From contig DZBU01000005.1 in NCBI GenBank assembly GCA_022730015.1, positions 1-49,725 on the forward strand: a stretch of 49,725 nucleotides of DNA, written 5' to 3'. Source of the stretch: Candidatus Elulimicrobium sp. (GTDB lineage Bacteria > Patescibacteriota > Minisyncoccia > Phycocordibacterales > UBA918). Below, in pieces: positions 31,117 to 40,609 of this stretch. Below the pieces are notes generated by a model that worked only from the letters and a program-made list of their open reading frames with translations, ran no database searches and was not told the origin of the DNA. Made by a program: the position numbers and the translations under genes. The first letter of the stretch is position 1, and every line of letters starts with the position of its first letter.

Positions 31117-31134
31117 TATAGCATAGGTGCTATA
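31117..31134. promoter_or_regulatory. Palindromic operator candidate overlapping the murA -10
   Basis: TATAGCA-tagg-TGCTATA perfect 7-4-7 inverted repeat; minus-strand TGCTATACT -10 at 31115-31123. Confidence 0.65.
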
Positions 31135-31226
31135 TCCCAATATTCTAATGTCTGTGGATGTTGAAATTGTGATGTCATGATGATTGTACAATCCCTGAAA
31201 AAAGGTACTATTGTCGATACTAAATT

Positions 31227-32240
31227 ATGTTTGGAAGTTGGACACCAAAAGTGGGTATTGACCTAGGTACAACCAGTATTCTTGTCTTTGTGCCAGGTCA
31301 GGGGATCGTCTTGAACGAGCCGTCAGTTGTGGCTGTGTCTGACGACAATAAAGTACTTGCAGTAGGTACTGAAGCAAAACTCATGATCGGCCGCACTCCC
31401 GAGAATATTCGTGCGTACCGACCGATGAAAGATGGGGTGATCGCTGATTACCGAGTGACCGAAGCAATGTTGCGGTACTTCTTGCGTAAATCAATGAGTA
31501 AATACAATTTACTTCGCCCGGACGTTATGGTTTCAGTGCCGGCAGGAGTTACCTCGACTGAGCGACGTGCAGTGGTAGAAGCGACAATAAAAGCTGGTGC
31601 CCGTAACGCGTTTGTTGTTAAGGAACCGATCTTGGCGGCAATTGGAGCTGGAGTCCCGATCTACGAACCACAAGGGCACATGATCGTTGATATTGGCGGT
31701 GGCACCATCGACGTAGCAGTGATCTCGCTTGGTGGCATTGTGGCTGCTAACTCAGTGAAATGTGCTGGTAATCGTATCGATGCAGCCATCATTGATTATG
31801 TAAAAAAGACCCGTAATCTCTCTATTGGTGAAAAGACCGCTGAGGAAATTAAAATCACCGTTGGTTCAGCGCTCCCGCTTGAAGAAGAGTTGGTAATGGA
31901 TATCAAGGGTCGCGACATGCTTTCTGGGTTGCCTCGAACCACGGAGATCAAAAGTAATGAAGTAGTAAAGGCGATCGGAAAAGAATTACGTGAGATGGTA
32001 AAGGCGATCAAAGACGTGTTCCAAGAGACTCCTCCCGAACTGGCTGCTGACATTATTGATGGCGGTATCATCATGACTGGCGGTACTTCACAATTACGAA
32101 ATTTTCCAGAACTTATTCGTCGACGTACTGGTGTGAAAGCAAAAGTAGCCGAGCAAGCACTTTTTTGTGTTGCTAAGGGAACTGGTATTGCTCTCGAGCA
32201 TCTCGATGTATATAAACGCGCAGTGTTAGCTAAGAAGTAG
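31227..32240 (+). CDS. mreB: Rod shape-determining protein MreB/Mbl (copy 1)
   Basis: GIDLGT, EPSVVA, RPMKDGVIAD, VDIGGGT, IGEKTAEEIK. Confidence 0.95.
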   Translation: MFGSWTPKVGIDLGTTSILVFVPGQGIVLNEPSVVAVSDDNKVLAVGTEAKLMIGRTPENIRAYRPMKDGVIADYRVTEAMLRYFLRKSMSKYNLLRPDVMVSVPAGVTSTERRAVVEATIKAGARNAFVVKEPILAAIGAGVPIYEPQGHMIVDIGGGTIDVAVISLGGIVAANSVKCAGNRIDAAIIDYVKKTRNLSIGEKTAEEIKITVGSALPLEEELVMDIKGRDMLSGLPRTTEIKSNEVVKAIGKELREMVKAIKDVFQETPPELAADIIDGGIIMTGGTSQLRNFPELIRRRTGVKAKVAEQALFCVAKGTGIALEHLDVYKRAVLAKK

Positions 32241-32304
32241 TAAGAAAAAGTCGGCAGGGGATTATCCTCGATTCTGTTGTTCCAAGTGCGCTACTATAGA
32301 GAAC

Positions 32305-35076
32305 ATGGAAGGTGTACCACAGAAATTTACGTCTCCGGAGGAGGAGATAGCATTTTTACGTAAACAGATTGCTGAGCGAGAGCGGGCATTACTTGAACGT
32401 TCAGCGGTCATTGATCAAGCTGATGTAGAAACACTCGGTCGTGAACAGATTAGAGAGTATGTAAGTTTTACTCCGAAAATGGTGCTTGATCCATCTTACG
32501 AATTAAAAGATGAAGCACTGGTTCGATCAGTTGAGGCAGTTAGTATTGCTTCTGACCCGGTCGGTGAGGTGATGGACATAGCGTTTGAAAAAGGCATTAA
32601 AAACGCTCTTACGGTACTCGATAAAGTGAATAGCGCGTATGTTATTGACGAAGTACACCGACGTCTTATCGAACATATCAATGCTGGAGCAAAAGTTGCG
32701 GACCTAAAAGAAGGAGTACCGTCCTGGCACGTACTTCATATGACACTCTATGAGGTTGCGTTGCCAGCACAGAAAGCCAAAGATGGTCACGAGCTACAGT
32801 TAGCTGAACTGGTAGGAACGATGGAGCAATTATTTGCTGGATTACGCACTATTGGATCGGTCAAGGAGGGAAATCATTTCGCGATCGAGATTGCGGTGGC
32901 TGACAAGAGTGATGACATTATTCTCTATATTGCAGTACCCAACGAGTTTAAGAATCTTTTTGAAAAACAGACACTCTCGCTCTTTCCGCATGCGGTACTT
33001 ACTGAGCAGCCCCATGACTACAATATTTATGTCGACGGAGGTCATACCTTAGTGTCTGATGTCGTACTCAAACAACATCCGATCTATTCGATCAAAACAC
33101 ATGAGGAGTTTGCCGCTGATCCTTTTAAGGTGATGCTGAACGCCTTTTCTAAGATCGAGCGAGAAGGTGGTGGTGCGGCAATCCAGTTCATTATCCGACA
33201 TCCTCGAAAAGACTACCGAAAGGAGCTGGATAGTATTGTTAAGGCAGTTGAGAAAGGAGTTAAACCAAAAGAGGCGATTGCTCGCAGTACACTCATTGGT
33301 GATTTCTTTGTCTCCACTGAAAAACTGTTCTTTTCTAGTGAAAGCAAAAAAAAGGCAGACGGTACCGAAGAGGTAAAACCAGTTGATACGCTGGCACTAG
33401 AGATCTTTCGTAAGAAATTAGCGACACAATTGTACGAGGTGAACATTCGAATTGTTGTATCTGCTACGTTGCTGCCACGAGCGGAGCAGATCTTGTATGA
33501 GCTACAATCGACTTTTAACCAATTCAATACTACCAACAGCAACCAATTTAATTTTGTAAATCAAAAGGGAATACATTTGCGACATGCGCAGAAAGCTTTT
33601 TCTTTCCGTCAGCTGTCGCCTAAAACACTCTTGCCACTCACTACCACTGAACTTGCGACCCTGATTCATTTTCCAGCTGATGGAGTCACGTCAACTGATC
33701 AATTCAAGCAATCCTACGCGCGAACCGCAGCAATACCGACAACAATGCCCACCGAAGGGACGCTCCTTGGTATCAACAAACATCGTGGTATCGAGCGGCC
33801 AGTTTATGTTACGGAGAAGGATCGCATGCGCCACTTCTATGTTATTGGACAAACAGGTACTGGTAAGTCAGTCTTTTTGAAAAATCTCATCATCCAAGAT
33901 ATTCAGTCGGGGGCGGGGGTTTGTATGATCGATCCGCATGGTACGGATATTCAGGATGTGCTTGGGGCGGTGCCACCAGAACGTGAGCAGGATGTTATTT
34001 ACTTTGACCCGTCTCGTCTGGATCGAGTGATCGGTCTTAATATGCTCGAATATGATCCACAAAGACCAGAGCAAAAGACCTTCGTAGTCAACGAACTCTT
34101 TTCCATCTTCCAGAAACTTTATGGTGCTAACCCCGAGTCAATGGGGCCAATGTTTGAACAGTATTTCCGTAATGCCACCATGCTCGTAATGGAAGATCCA
34201 GAAAGTGGTAATACACTGATGGATATTGGACGGGTTATGGCGGACGCTCAATTTCGCCGGAGAAAACTGGAGCGGGCGACCAATCCAGTGGTGATACAAT
34301 TTTGGCGAGAGATTGCCTTGAAAGCTGGCGGTGAAGCATCGCTTGAGAACATTGTGCCGTATATTGTCTCTAAGATCGACCCGTTGACCGCCAATGACTA
34401 CATTCGTCCAATTATTGGTCAGCAGCGCAGCTCGTTCAATTTCCGACAGATCATGGATGAGCGGAAAATATTGCTCATCAACCTTTCCAAGGGTCGTCTC
34501 GGGGAGATCAATGCCAACCTCATCGGAATGATCTTTGTTGGAAAGATACTCATGGCAGCGTTGTCGCGTGTTGATGATCCGACCATGAGCTTTCCACCGT
34601 TTTATCTCCATATTGACGAGTTTCAAAATATCTCAACCCCAGCGATTGCTTCAATCCTTTCTGAGGCTCGCAAGTATAAATTAGGCCTCACAATGGCGCA
34701 TCAGTTTATTGCGCAACTGCAACCAGAGATCAAAGATGCTGTTTTTGGTAATGTCGGATCAATGGCGGCTTTCCGAGTTGGTAATGAAGATGCCCAGGTG
34801 TTGGAGTCACAGTTTGCTCCTGTTTTCACTGCTCCCGATCTTATGAATGTCCCAAATTGGAATGCTTTCTTACGAGTGCTTGCAAATGGTACTCCGACAG
34901 TGCCGTTTAGTATTGCAACCGTTCCACCACCAGAGACTGACCATGCTCGAGTTGCAACACTGATTGAGCAGAGCTACCAGCGTTACGGACGGGCACGTAC
35001 CGAAGTCGAAGAAGAGATTCGTATTCGCTATCAAAAGCCTGTACCACCCGTGCCACCTGCTTCGCTTGCAAGGTAA
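32305..35076 (+). CDS. VirD4/TraD-like (HerA-FtsK superfamily) P-loop ATPase without transmembrane anchor
   Basis: DRMRHFYVIGQTGTGKS Walker A, IDPHG, LHIDEFQN Walker B, SEARKYKLGLTMAHQ, VFGNVGS. Confidence 0.88.
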   Translation: MEGVPQKFTSPEEEIAFLRKQIAERERALLERSAVIDQADVETLGREQIREYVSFTPKMVLDPSYELKDEALVRSVEAVSIASDPVGEVMDIAFEKGIKNALTVLDKVNSAYVIDEVHRRLIEHINAGAKVADLKEGVPSWHVLHMTLYEVALPAQKAKDGHELQLAELVGTMEQLFAGLRTIGSVKEGNHFAIEIAVADKSDDIILYIAVPNEFKNLFEKQTLSLFPHAVLTEQPHDYNIYVDGGHTLVSDVVLKQHPIYSIKTHEEFAADPFKVMLNAFSKIEREGGGAAIQFIIRHPRKDYRKELDSIVKAVEKGVKPKEAIARSTLIGDFFVSTEKLFFSSESKKKADGTEEVKPVDTLALEIFRKKLATQLYEVNIRIVVSATLLPRAEQILYELQSTFNQFNTTNSNQFNFVNQKGIHLRHAQKAFSFRQLSPKTLLPLTTTELATLIHFPADGVTSTDQFKQSYARTAAIPTTMPTEGTLLGINKHRGIERPVYVTEKDRMRHFYVIGQTGTGKSVFLKNLIIQDIQSGAGVCMIDPHGTDIQDVLGAVPPEREQDVIYFDPSRLDRVIGLNMLEYDPQRPEQKTFVVNELFSIFQKLYGANPESMGPMFEQYFRNATMLVMEDPESGNTLMDIGRVMADAQFRRRKLERATNPVVIQFWREIALKAGGEASLENIVPYIVSKIDPLTANDYIRPIIGQQRSSFNFRQIMDERKILLINLSKGRLGEINANLIGMIFVGKILMAALSRVDDPTMSFPPFYLHIDEFQNISTPAIASILSEARKYKLGLTMAHQFIAQLQPEIKDAVFGNVGSMAAFRVGNEDAQVLESQFAPVFTAPDLMNVPNWNAFLRVLANGTPTVPFSIATVPPPETDHARVATLIEQSYQRYGRARTEVEEEIRIRYQKPVPPVPPASLAR

Positions 35077-37472
35077 TGAGAAAGTACCCAGCTATGAATC
35101 AACAAGACATTTCACAACTCACAAAACAGCAGTCTCAAAAAAAAACGAGAGACGATGTTGTTCGTGATGAGTTGGATCTGTCTTCTTCGTCTGACCAAGA
35201 ACTTTTTTTAACGAGTGTTGAAAATTTGTACAGTACCGTCATGAGCTATGAAGCGATAGCGAGAAGAGAACAATACCATCAGTTATCTTTCGCTGATGTG
35301 CGAGGGGAAGAAATATTTGAGGCAGCTGGGGGACTTTGGCAAGACATACAAGGACGAATGTCTCGTTACCGAAAGCAGACTGAACAAACAACGTCTTCTC
35401 TGTCTGATCAAGAAATAGAATTATTACAGAAAAAGTACGATGATCTTCTTTTGTTGCGTAATTTACTTGAGGAAGTGTACGGTACAGACGTAACCATCTC
35501 GAAAAAAAACCGCCTAAACCGAGCTGTAGACAACGATCGTAGCAAAGAAAGTGAAAACCTCACGGAGTCTAAGCCGGTGGTACAAAGGAATAAGGACGAA
35601 AAGGTTGATAATGAAAAAATAAATGAAATCAAACGTATTTTTAAAGAGCTGGAACAAATTTTATATACAGCTGAAAAACACGTTACAGTAGTGCGGGCGC
35701 GAGTACTGAATCGTATTCCCTCGGTAGAGCGAGTTGCTGATACAGGAACGCGAATCAATGAACTAAATGATTGTGCTAATCGTTTAGTTAATCTTCGTAA
35801 ACGTATTGAATTCGCCAAAACTGAGCGGATTGAACTTTCAGTTTTACAGCAAACATTCAAAAAATATTCGAGGATGATTGGAAAACTTATTAATCGAGTC
35901 GATCATCTTGAAGAGCTTTTAGTGCAGCGCAAGATTGATGCTACACTTACTGCTCAATCAATGCCAGCAAAGATCGTTTCAAAAGTCATCCCTGATATGC
36001 CTCGAATGAATGTTCGTGATGATAATCAGGTACCAACAACATCCTCAGAACTACCTTCAGATGCTGAAGTTACAGCTTTGGCTAAAACAGTATTTGAAGA
36101 CCAATTTTACACAAGCGCTGAACGCAAAAAAACCCAAATATTGTGTGAATCACTGTATCGCTCAGTCGCAGCTGGTGGCTCGTCAACTGAATGCAATAAG
36201 CAGTATGATGCACTGCGAGAATATATTGCTGTGCTTCAAAAATCTCCGAATGTTGCCGATCTTCGAGAGCGCGCAACACGGATCATCCAACGAGTTACTG
36301 CTGGCATGACCTATGATTCAGGTATCCTGCGAACGGTACGACGATTGGAACATGACTTTCGTTCTGTGGCTGATGATCCAAAGAAAAGCGAGGAGCGAAC
36401 AAGGGCAGCCTATAGAGATCTTGAACAGTTTGTTCGCAAACACGAAACGGAATGGTTAATGATCTGTGGACTTAATGTGCCAAAGTCAGGAATCGAAGGA
36501 GTTTCTACCGCTCGAACTTTGCGAGAGACATTGCTTATCGAACGTGATCGTCACCGAATGCTCGTACAGGATCCTAAAAAACAAGTGTTGGTCGATAAGC
36601 TCATTCGGAAGCTCTCGGTTATACCCCCAACTGGTCTGTCACTCGAAACTGATATTCCCGAAATAATCAGACTGATTCGCGCCATTGATGTGCCTGATCA
36701 ACAGGGAGAATTAAACATTGTCACACGCGGAGTCGACACCCTGGCAGAAGCGCAGCCGGTGAAAACAGAAAATGAGGAAGAAGAAAGTGCACATGTTTTA
36801 TCACAAACGATTCATAAGGTGATGGATGTATCAACGGAGGACGTTGAAGAATCGGTGGAGATTAGAGTTGCCGAAAAGACGAAACAGCGAATATTTGAAC
36901 AGACACACACACCTACACAAGTACCCGCTGTTGATCTCGAGAATGAGGAGAGAGTGGTTGATAATACTCTGGTCGCTACACTGGAAAAACAGGACCCTGT
37001 AAATGCAGTAAGATCTATTTTCACCCCAAAGCTTCAGAGAGCCGCACCAATCTTGTCAGAACACTCATTGACTCGTCGGTATCTGTCAGCGGCAAAGTAC
37101 CAAGATTTTATCGCGAGGCACTATACGTCACCTGCAGCCTTTGAACGAATTTTAGATTTGACAATCACACAGATTGAAGCACAGACGATTGATGCACTTG
37201 AACGTTGGTTAGGTGAAGAACGCGCAACAGCCTTTACTTTCCTTGAAGAAATGTCTGTTGGTAACATACTGAGATTTAGTGAAAGTAATGAAATACGCAC
37301 GATAGTAACTGCAGAGAATATAAAATATGAAACTTTTTTGGTTTGGCTTGATCTGTTGCCAGAAATGTTATCAGTGGTTGGGGAAGATTTGGATCAACCA
37401 TTCGGATGTTTGTATGCAAAATGGATGATTGAAACAGAAATGGAACGAGAGAGGGCAGTGATGACTCGTTAA
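35076..37472 (+). CDS. Large hypothetical helical/coiled-coil protein (798 aa)
   Basis: Long uninterrupted ORF; TAATG stop/start overlap with the ATPase gene. Confidence 0.75.
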   Translation: MRKYPAMNQQDISQLTKQQSQKKTRDDVVRDELDLSSSSDQELFLTSVENLYSTVMSYEAIARREQYHQLSFADVRGEEIFEAAGGLWQDIQGRMSRYRKQTEQTTSSLSDQEIELLQKKYDDLLLLRNLLEEVYGTDVTISKKNRLNRAVDNDRSKESENLTESKPVVQRNKDEKVDNEKINEIKRIFKELEQILYTAEKHVTVVRARVLNRIPSVERVADTGTRINELNDCANRLVNLRKRIEFAKTERIELSVLQQTFKKYSRMIGKLINRVDHLEELLVQRKIDATLTAQSMPAKIVSKVIPDMPRMNVRDDNQVPTTSSELPSDAEVTALAKTVFEDQFYTSAERKKTQILCESLYRSVAAGGSSTECNKQYDALREYIAVLQKSPNVADLRERATRIIQRVTAGMTYDSGILRTVRRLEHDFRSVADDPKKSEERTRAAYRDLEQFVRKHETEWLMICGLNVPKSGIEGVSTARTLRETLLIERDRHRMLVQDPKKQVLVDKLIRKLSVIPPTGLSLETDIPEIIRLIRAIDVPDQQGELNIVTRGVDTLAEAQPVKTENEEEESAHVLSQTIHKVMDVSTEDVEESVEIRVAEKTKQRIFEQTHTPTQVPAVDLENEERVVDNTLVATLEKQDPVNAVRSIFTPKLQRAAPILSEHSLTRRYLSAAKYQDFIARHYTSPAAFERILDLTITQIEAQTIDALERWLGEERATAFTFLEEMSVGNILRFSESNEIRTIVTAENIKYETFLVWLDLLPEMLSVVGEDLDQPFGCLYAKWMIETEMERERAVMTR

Positions 37473-37523
37473 TTCACAGTCTGTGTCTGTTTGCTAATAA
37501 GTTTATAAAAGAAGAGTGTTATT

Positions 37524-39392
37524 ATGTCACATATGGTAAACGACAGTTCTTTGGTCGGAGGAAGACCGCCATTCGCATTTGATCTTGAGTCACAAAAAGG
37601 AATGATGATTCTTTTGGCTGCCATTCGTGTAAGCGAACTTGCTCCAGAACAAAAAAATGAACTCCGCGACCTAGCTTTTTTGTATACAAATGGTGGGCGA
37701 GACCAGTCTGTTCGCATTATGCTTGAACAGAAGGTGCTTGCTGCTGGACTCCAGCCACCTGCTCCGATTGCTCCACCACAGCCAGTCATAAAGCCAGCTC
37801 CTTTTGGTACATCACGTCCTGCCCCAACTTTTTCATTTGCACCAGCTAGTGTGATAAAAGACGCACAATCGCAGCCAGCTCCTTCTGTGTCACCTACTGC
37901 TGCACCATCAGTACCCGCGACCGGTCAGCAAGATCAAGCAAGAGCAGTAGTGGCATCTGAGCCAGTGCAACCAGCTGAGCCGACTCCTCGCGCCGCGCCG
38001 ATAGTAGAACCAGCAGTGGTTTCGACTCCTGTATCGATAGAGGAACCTCTTCCTGCGGATACGCAGTCATTGCCCGTACCTGAAGTCATGCCAACAGTTG
38101 TCGTTCCGACACCGTCGCCAGTAGCTGCTGAAATAAAACAGGAACCTTCAGCTTCAGTTCAAATAGAACAACCTACCGTACAGCCTGTAGTAGAGAATAC
38201 TGTTTCTGCCGCTCCTATTGCATATGATTCAGAGCAGGCAACGCAACGAATTCGAGAGATCAAAGCACTGGTAAATGAGCAAGTTGGTAACCCCGTTAAC
38301 TTAGTTGATATTAACAACGATGTTGGTCGAGAGTACATGGCCGCGCTACTTGATGCGATGAAGAAAATAAACAGTGGAACTTCTGCCATTTCAGCAATGC
38401 GCCGTCTTGAAGAATCTTTCAAAATAGTGCAAAAAACACTGGAAGCTCACAAGGAGAATGAACAGGCTCCCGCAAAAGAAGTGGTCGAATCAGTTGCTCC
38501 TGTTCATGAAGTTGCACCAGTCATCAGCCAGGAGATTGAAGACAGTTCCGTACCAGCTTCTTTTCCAGTAGTAAATGAAAATACTGCTGATAATGTCGCT
38601 ACCGATCTTCCCCCCTCACCACACTTTGCAGAAGTTATAAAAAACGTTTCTCAACAGTCGTCTCTTGGGCCGATTGTCCCACCAATTACGCAACCCGAAC
38701 CCCGCCTTGAACCAGAAGAAATACCTGAAACACCTAGCTCCGTTGAATCGATAGCAGAAGAGGCTGTCGATGATAGTAATCGAGAAGTAGTCCCACCAAC
38801 TCCAGTAATCCAAACTGAAGAAGTGCCACTGATGCCATCCGATCGACCAAATAAAGTGGCCGCGATACCAGCGGGTAAACCAGGTCCAATACCAGCTCGA
38901 AAGAATATGGACGAGATCGAGTCAGCATGGGGCCCAGCGACAGATACACTACGTGCCTCGGTGAAGTTTGGCGAAGTCACGTCCTTGGCACAGAGTGAGC
39001 AACAGTTACGTACTCCAAATGAGCTTCCTCTTGCGTCTGATTTAGCTACTTCTTCAGCTGGTGATCCGCTCTTCACTCGAGAAGTTGAAGACGGTCTACA
39101 ACAACTTTTGGCAGAATGGTCACTCTTCAAGAAGAGTGGACTCTTTGGTACTGGTCCAAAAGGACGCGAGCACCCACTCTTTAAAAAGATGGCTGGTCTA
39201 CAAATTCCGCTTCTCCTAGCTGGCCGTTTTGAGGGCGCAACTCAAGAGATCAAACAAAGCATCACTGATTATATGAATGGATGGCGTTACGAGCAGGGTA
39301 TTATCTACGAACCGGGTGAAACTTTCGAACACTACCTCCGTCGTGTCATACGTCATATTCTTGATTTGCAAAAAAAACGTCATCACTCATAA
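37524..39392 (+). CDS. Hypothetical protein with three ordered segments joined by Pro/Ala/Glu-rich linkers (622 aa)
   Basis: Long ORF; composition alternates between globular-like and low-complexity PAEV-rich segments. Confidence 0.8.
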   Translation: MSHMVNDSSLVGGRPPFAFDLESQKGMMILLAAIRVSELAPEQKNELRDLAFLYTNGGRDQSVRIMLEQKVLAAGLQPPAPIAPPQPVIKPAPFGTSRPAPTFSFAPASVIKDAQSQPAPSVSPTAAPSVPATGQQDQARAVVASEPVQPAEPTPRAAPIVEPAVVSTPVSIEEPLPADTQSLPVPEVMPTVVVPTPSPVAAEIKQEPSASVQIEQPTVQPVVENTVSAAPIAYDSEQATQRIREIKALVNEQVGNPVNLVDINNDVGREYMAALLDAMKKINSGTSAISAMRRLEESFKIVQKTLEAHKENEQAPAKEVVESVAPVHEVAPVISQEIEDSSVPASFPVVNENTADNVATDLPPSPHFAEVIKNVSQQSSLGPIVPPITQPEPRLEPEEIPETPSSVESIAEEAVDDSNREVVPPTPVIQTEEVPLMPSDRPNKVAAIPAGKPGPIPARKNMDEIESAWGPATDTLRASVKFGEVTSLAQSEQQLRTPNELPLASDLATSSAGDPLFTREVEDGLQQLLAEWSLFKKSGLFGTGPKGREHPLFKKMAGLQIPLLLAGRFEGATQEIKQSITDYMNGWRYEQGIIYEPGETFEHYLRRVIRHILDLQKKRHHS

Positions 39393-39401
39393 TGTTGGTG
39401 C

Positions 39402-40013
39402 ATGAATCAGTATCACCACGCAACGATATTGCAGGTCGATAGAATAGATGATTTTGATCCATCCTCTTACGTCGTGTCGGCGGAGCGGCAAGTGGTGAAG
39501 GTAGCACGTTTTGGAATAGACAATGCTCGTGAGTTGGTCCGTCAGACATATCAACGACCAGCCAACGCAGATCAGCAGTTGCTAATAGTGATAACTGATT
39601 TCATCACTCATGAAGCGCAAAATGCGCTTTTAAAGGCACTTGAGGAACCTCCGCACTCGACACTCTTTTTATTTGTCGTGCCTAATGATTTTGTTGTTTT
39701 ACCAACCCTAGCTTCACGTTTTTATTTTGCGGCACAAGTTCATGAAAGGGCGACTCAAAATACAAATGAATCGTTCAAAGTTTTTTTAGACCAAACACCA
39801 AGTGAGCGTATTGCGATGGTAGAAGCGATGATTAAAAAAGATGATCGTGTTTGGCAGCGTTCAATCAAACGAGGTCTAATTGACTACCTTGTAGCTAGGC
39901 AAGCGATCGATTTTGTCGCTCCACTTGAGTATGGTGCGCGTACCTTATTGACTCGTGGCGCATCTAATAAAATGTTGCTGGAACACATCGCACTAATTCT
40001 GCCAGTCTCGTGA
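39402..40013 (+). CDS. holB: DNA polymerase III delta-prime-like subunit (short form)
   Basis: EAQNALLKALEEPP and LPTLASR motifs; 203 aa, lacks Walker A and zinc module. Confidence 0.8.
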   Translation: MNQYHHATILQVDRIDDFDPSSYVVSAERQVVKVARFGIDNARELVRQTYQRPANADQQLLIVITDFITHEAQNALLKALEEPPHSTLFLFVVPNDFVVLPTLASRFYFAAQVHERATQNTNESFKVFLDQTPSERIAMVEAMIKKDDRVWQRSIKRGLIDYLVARQAIDFVAPLEYGARTLLTRGASNKMLLEHIALILPVS

Positions 40014-40063
40014 CATTTCTAAGAAAATGGTACACTGCCGGATATAATTGAAAGAAATATTCT

Positions 40064-40606
40064 ATGGATACAGAGATCAAACAACGCTTACAAGAGACAA
40101 AAGAATGGCTCCAAAAGGAGTATTCAGGAATTCGTACCGGACAAGCGAACCCAGGCTTGCTAGATAGTGTTCGCGTATCAAGCTATGGTTCGTTTATGCC
40201 CCTTAATCAAGTAGGGAGCATAGGTATTGAGGATGCGCGGACTCTTCGGCTTTCACTGTGGGACGGCTCTCAGATCTCTGCAGTTGAGCAAGCGATACGT
40301 GAGGCTGATCTCGGTGTCTCTGTAGTAACTGATTCTTCAGGGGTTCGGGTTATTTTTCCAGAGTTAACAATAGAGCGCCGTGAGCAACTATTGAAACTCG
40401 CAAAAAGCAAACTTGAGGATGCTCGAATCGCTGTCCGGGCGGTGCGTGACGAAGTAATGAAATTCATTGATAAAAGTGAAAAAGCTGGCGATATCAGTGA
40501 AGACGAAAAGTTCACTAAGAAAGAATTTGTTCAAAACGCAATTGATACAACCAATCGAGAGTTGGAACTTTTGTTTACCCAGAAAGAGCAAGAATTAAAA
40601 AAGTAA
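40064..40606 (+). CDS. frr: Ribosome recycling factor
   Basis: IRTGQANP, FPELTIERREQL, ARIAVRAVR, ISEDE. Confidence 0.95.
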   Translation: MDTEIKQRLQETKEWLQKEYSGIRTGQANPGLLDSVRVSSYGSFMPLNQVGSIGIEDARTLRLSLWDGSQISAVEQAIREADLGVSVVTDSSGVRVIFPELTIERREQLLKLAKSKLEDARIAVRAVRDEVMKFIDKSEKAGDISEDEKFTKKEFVQNAIDTTNRELELLFTQKEQELKK

Positions 40607-40609
40607 TCT

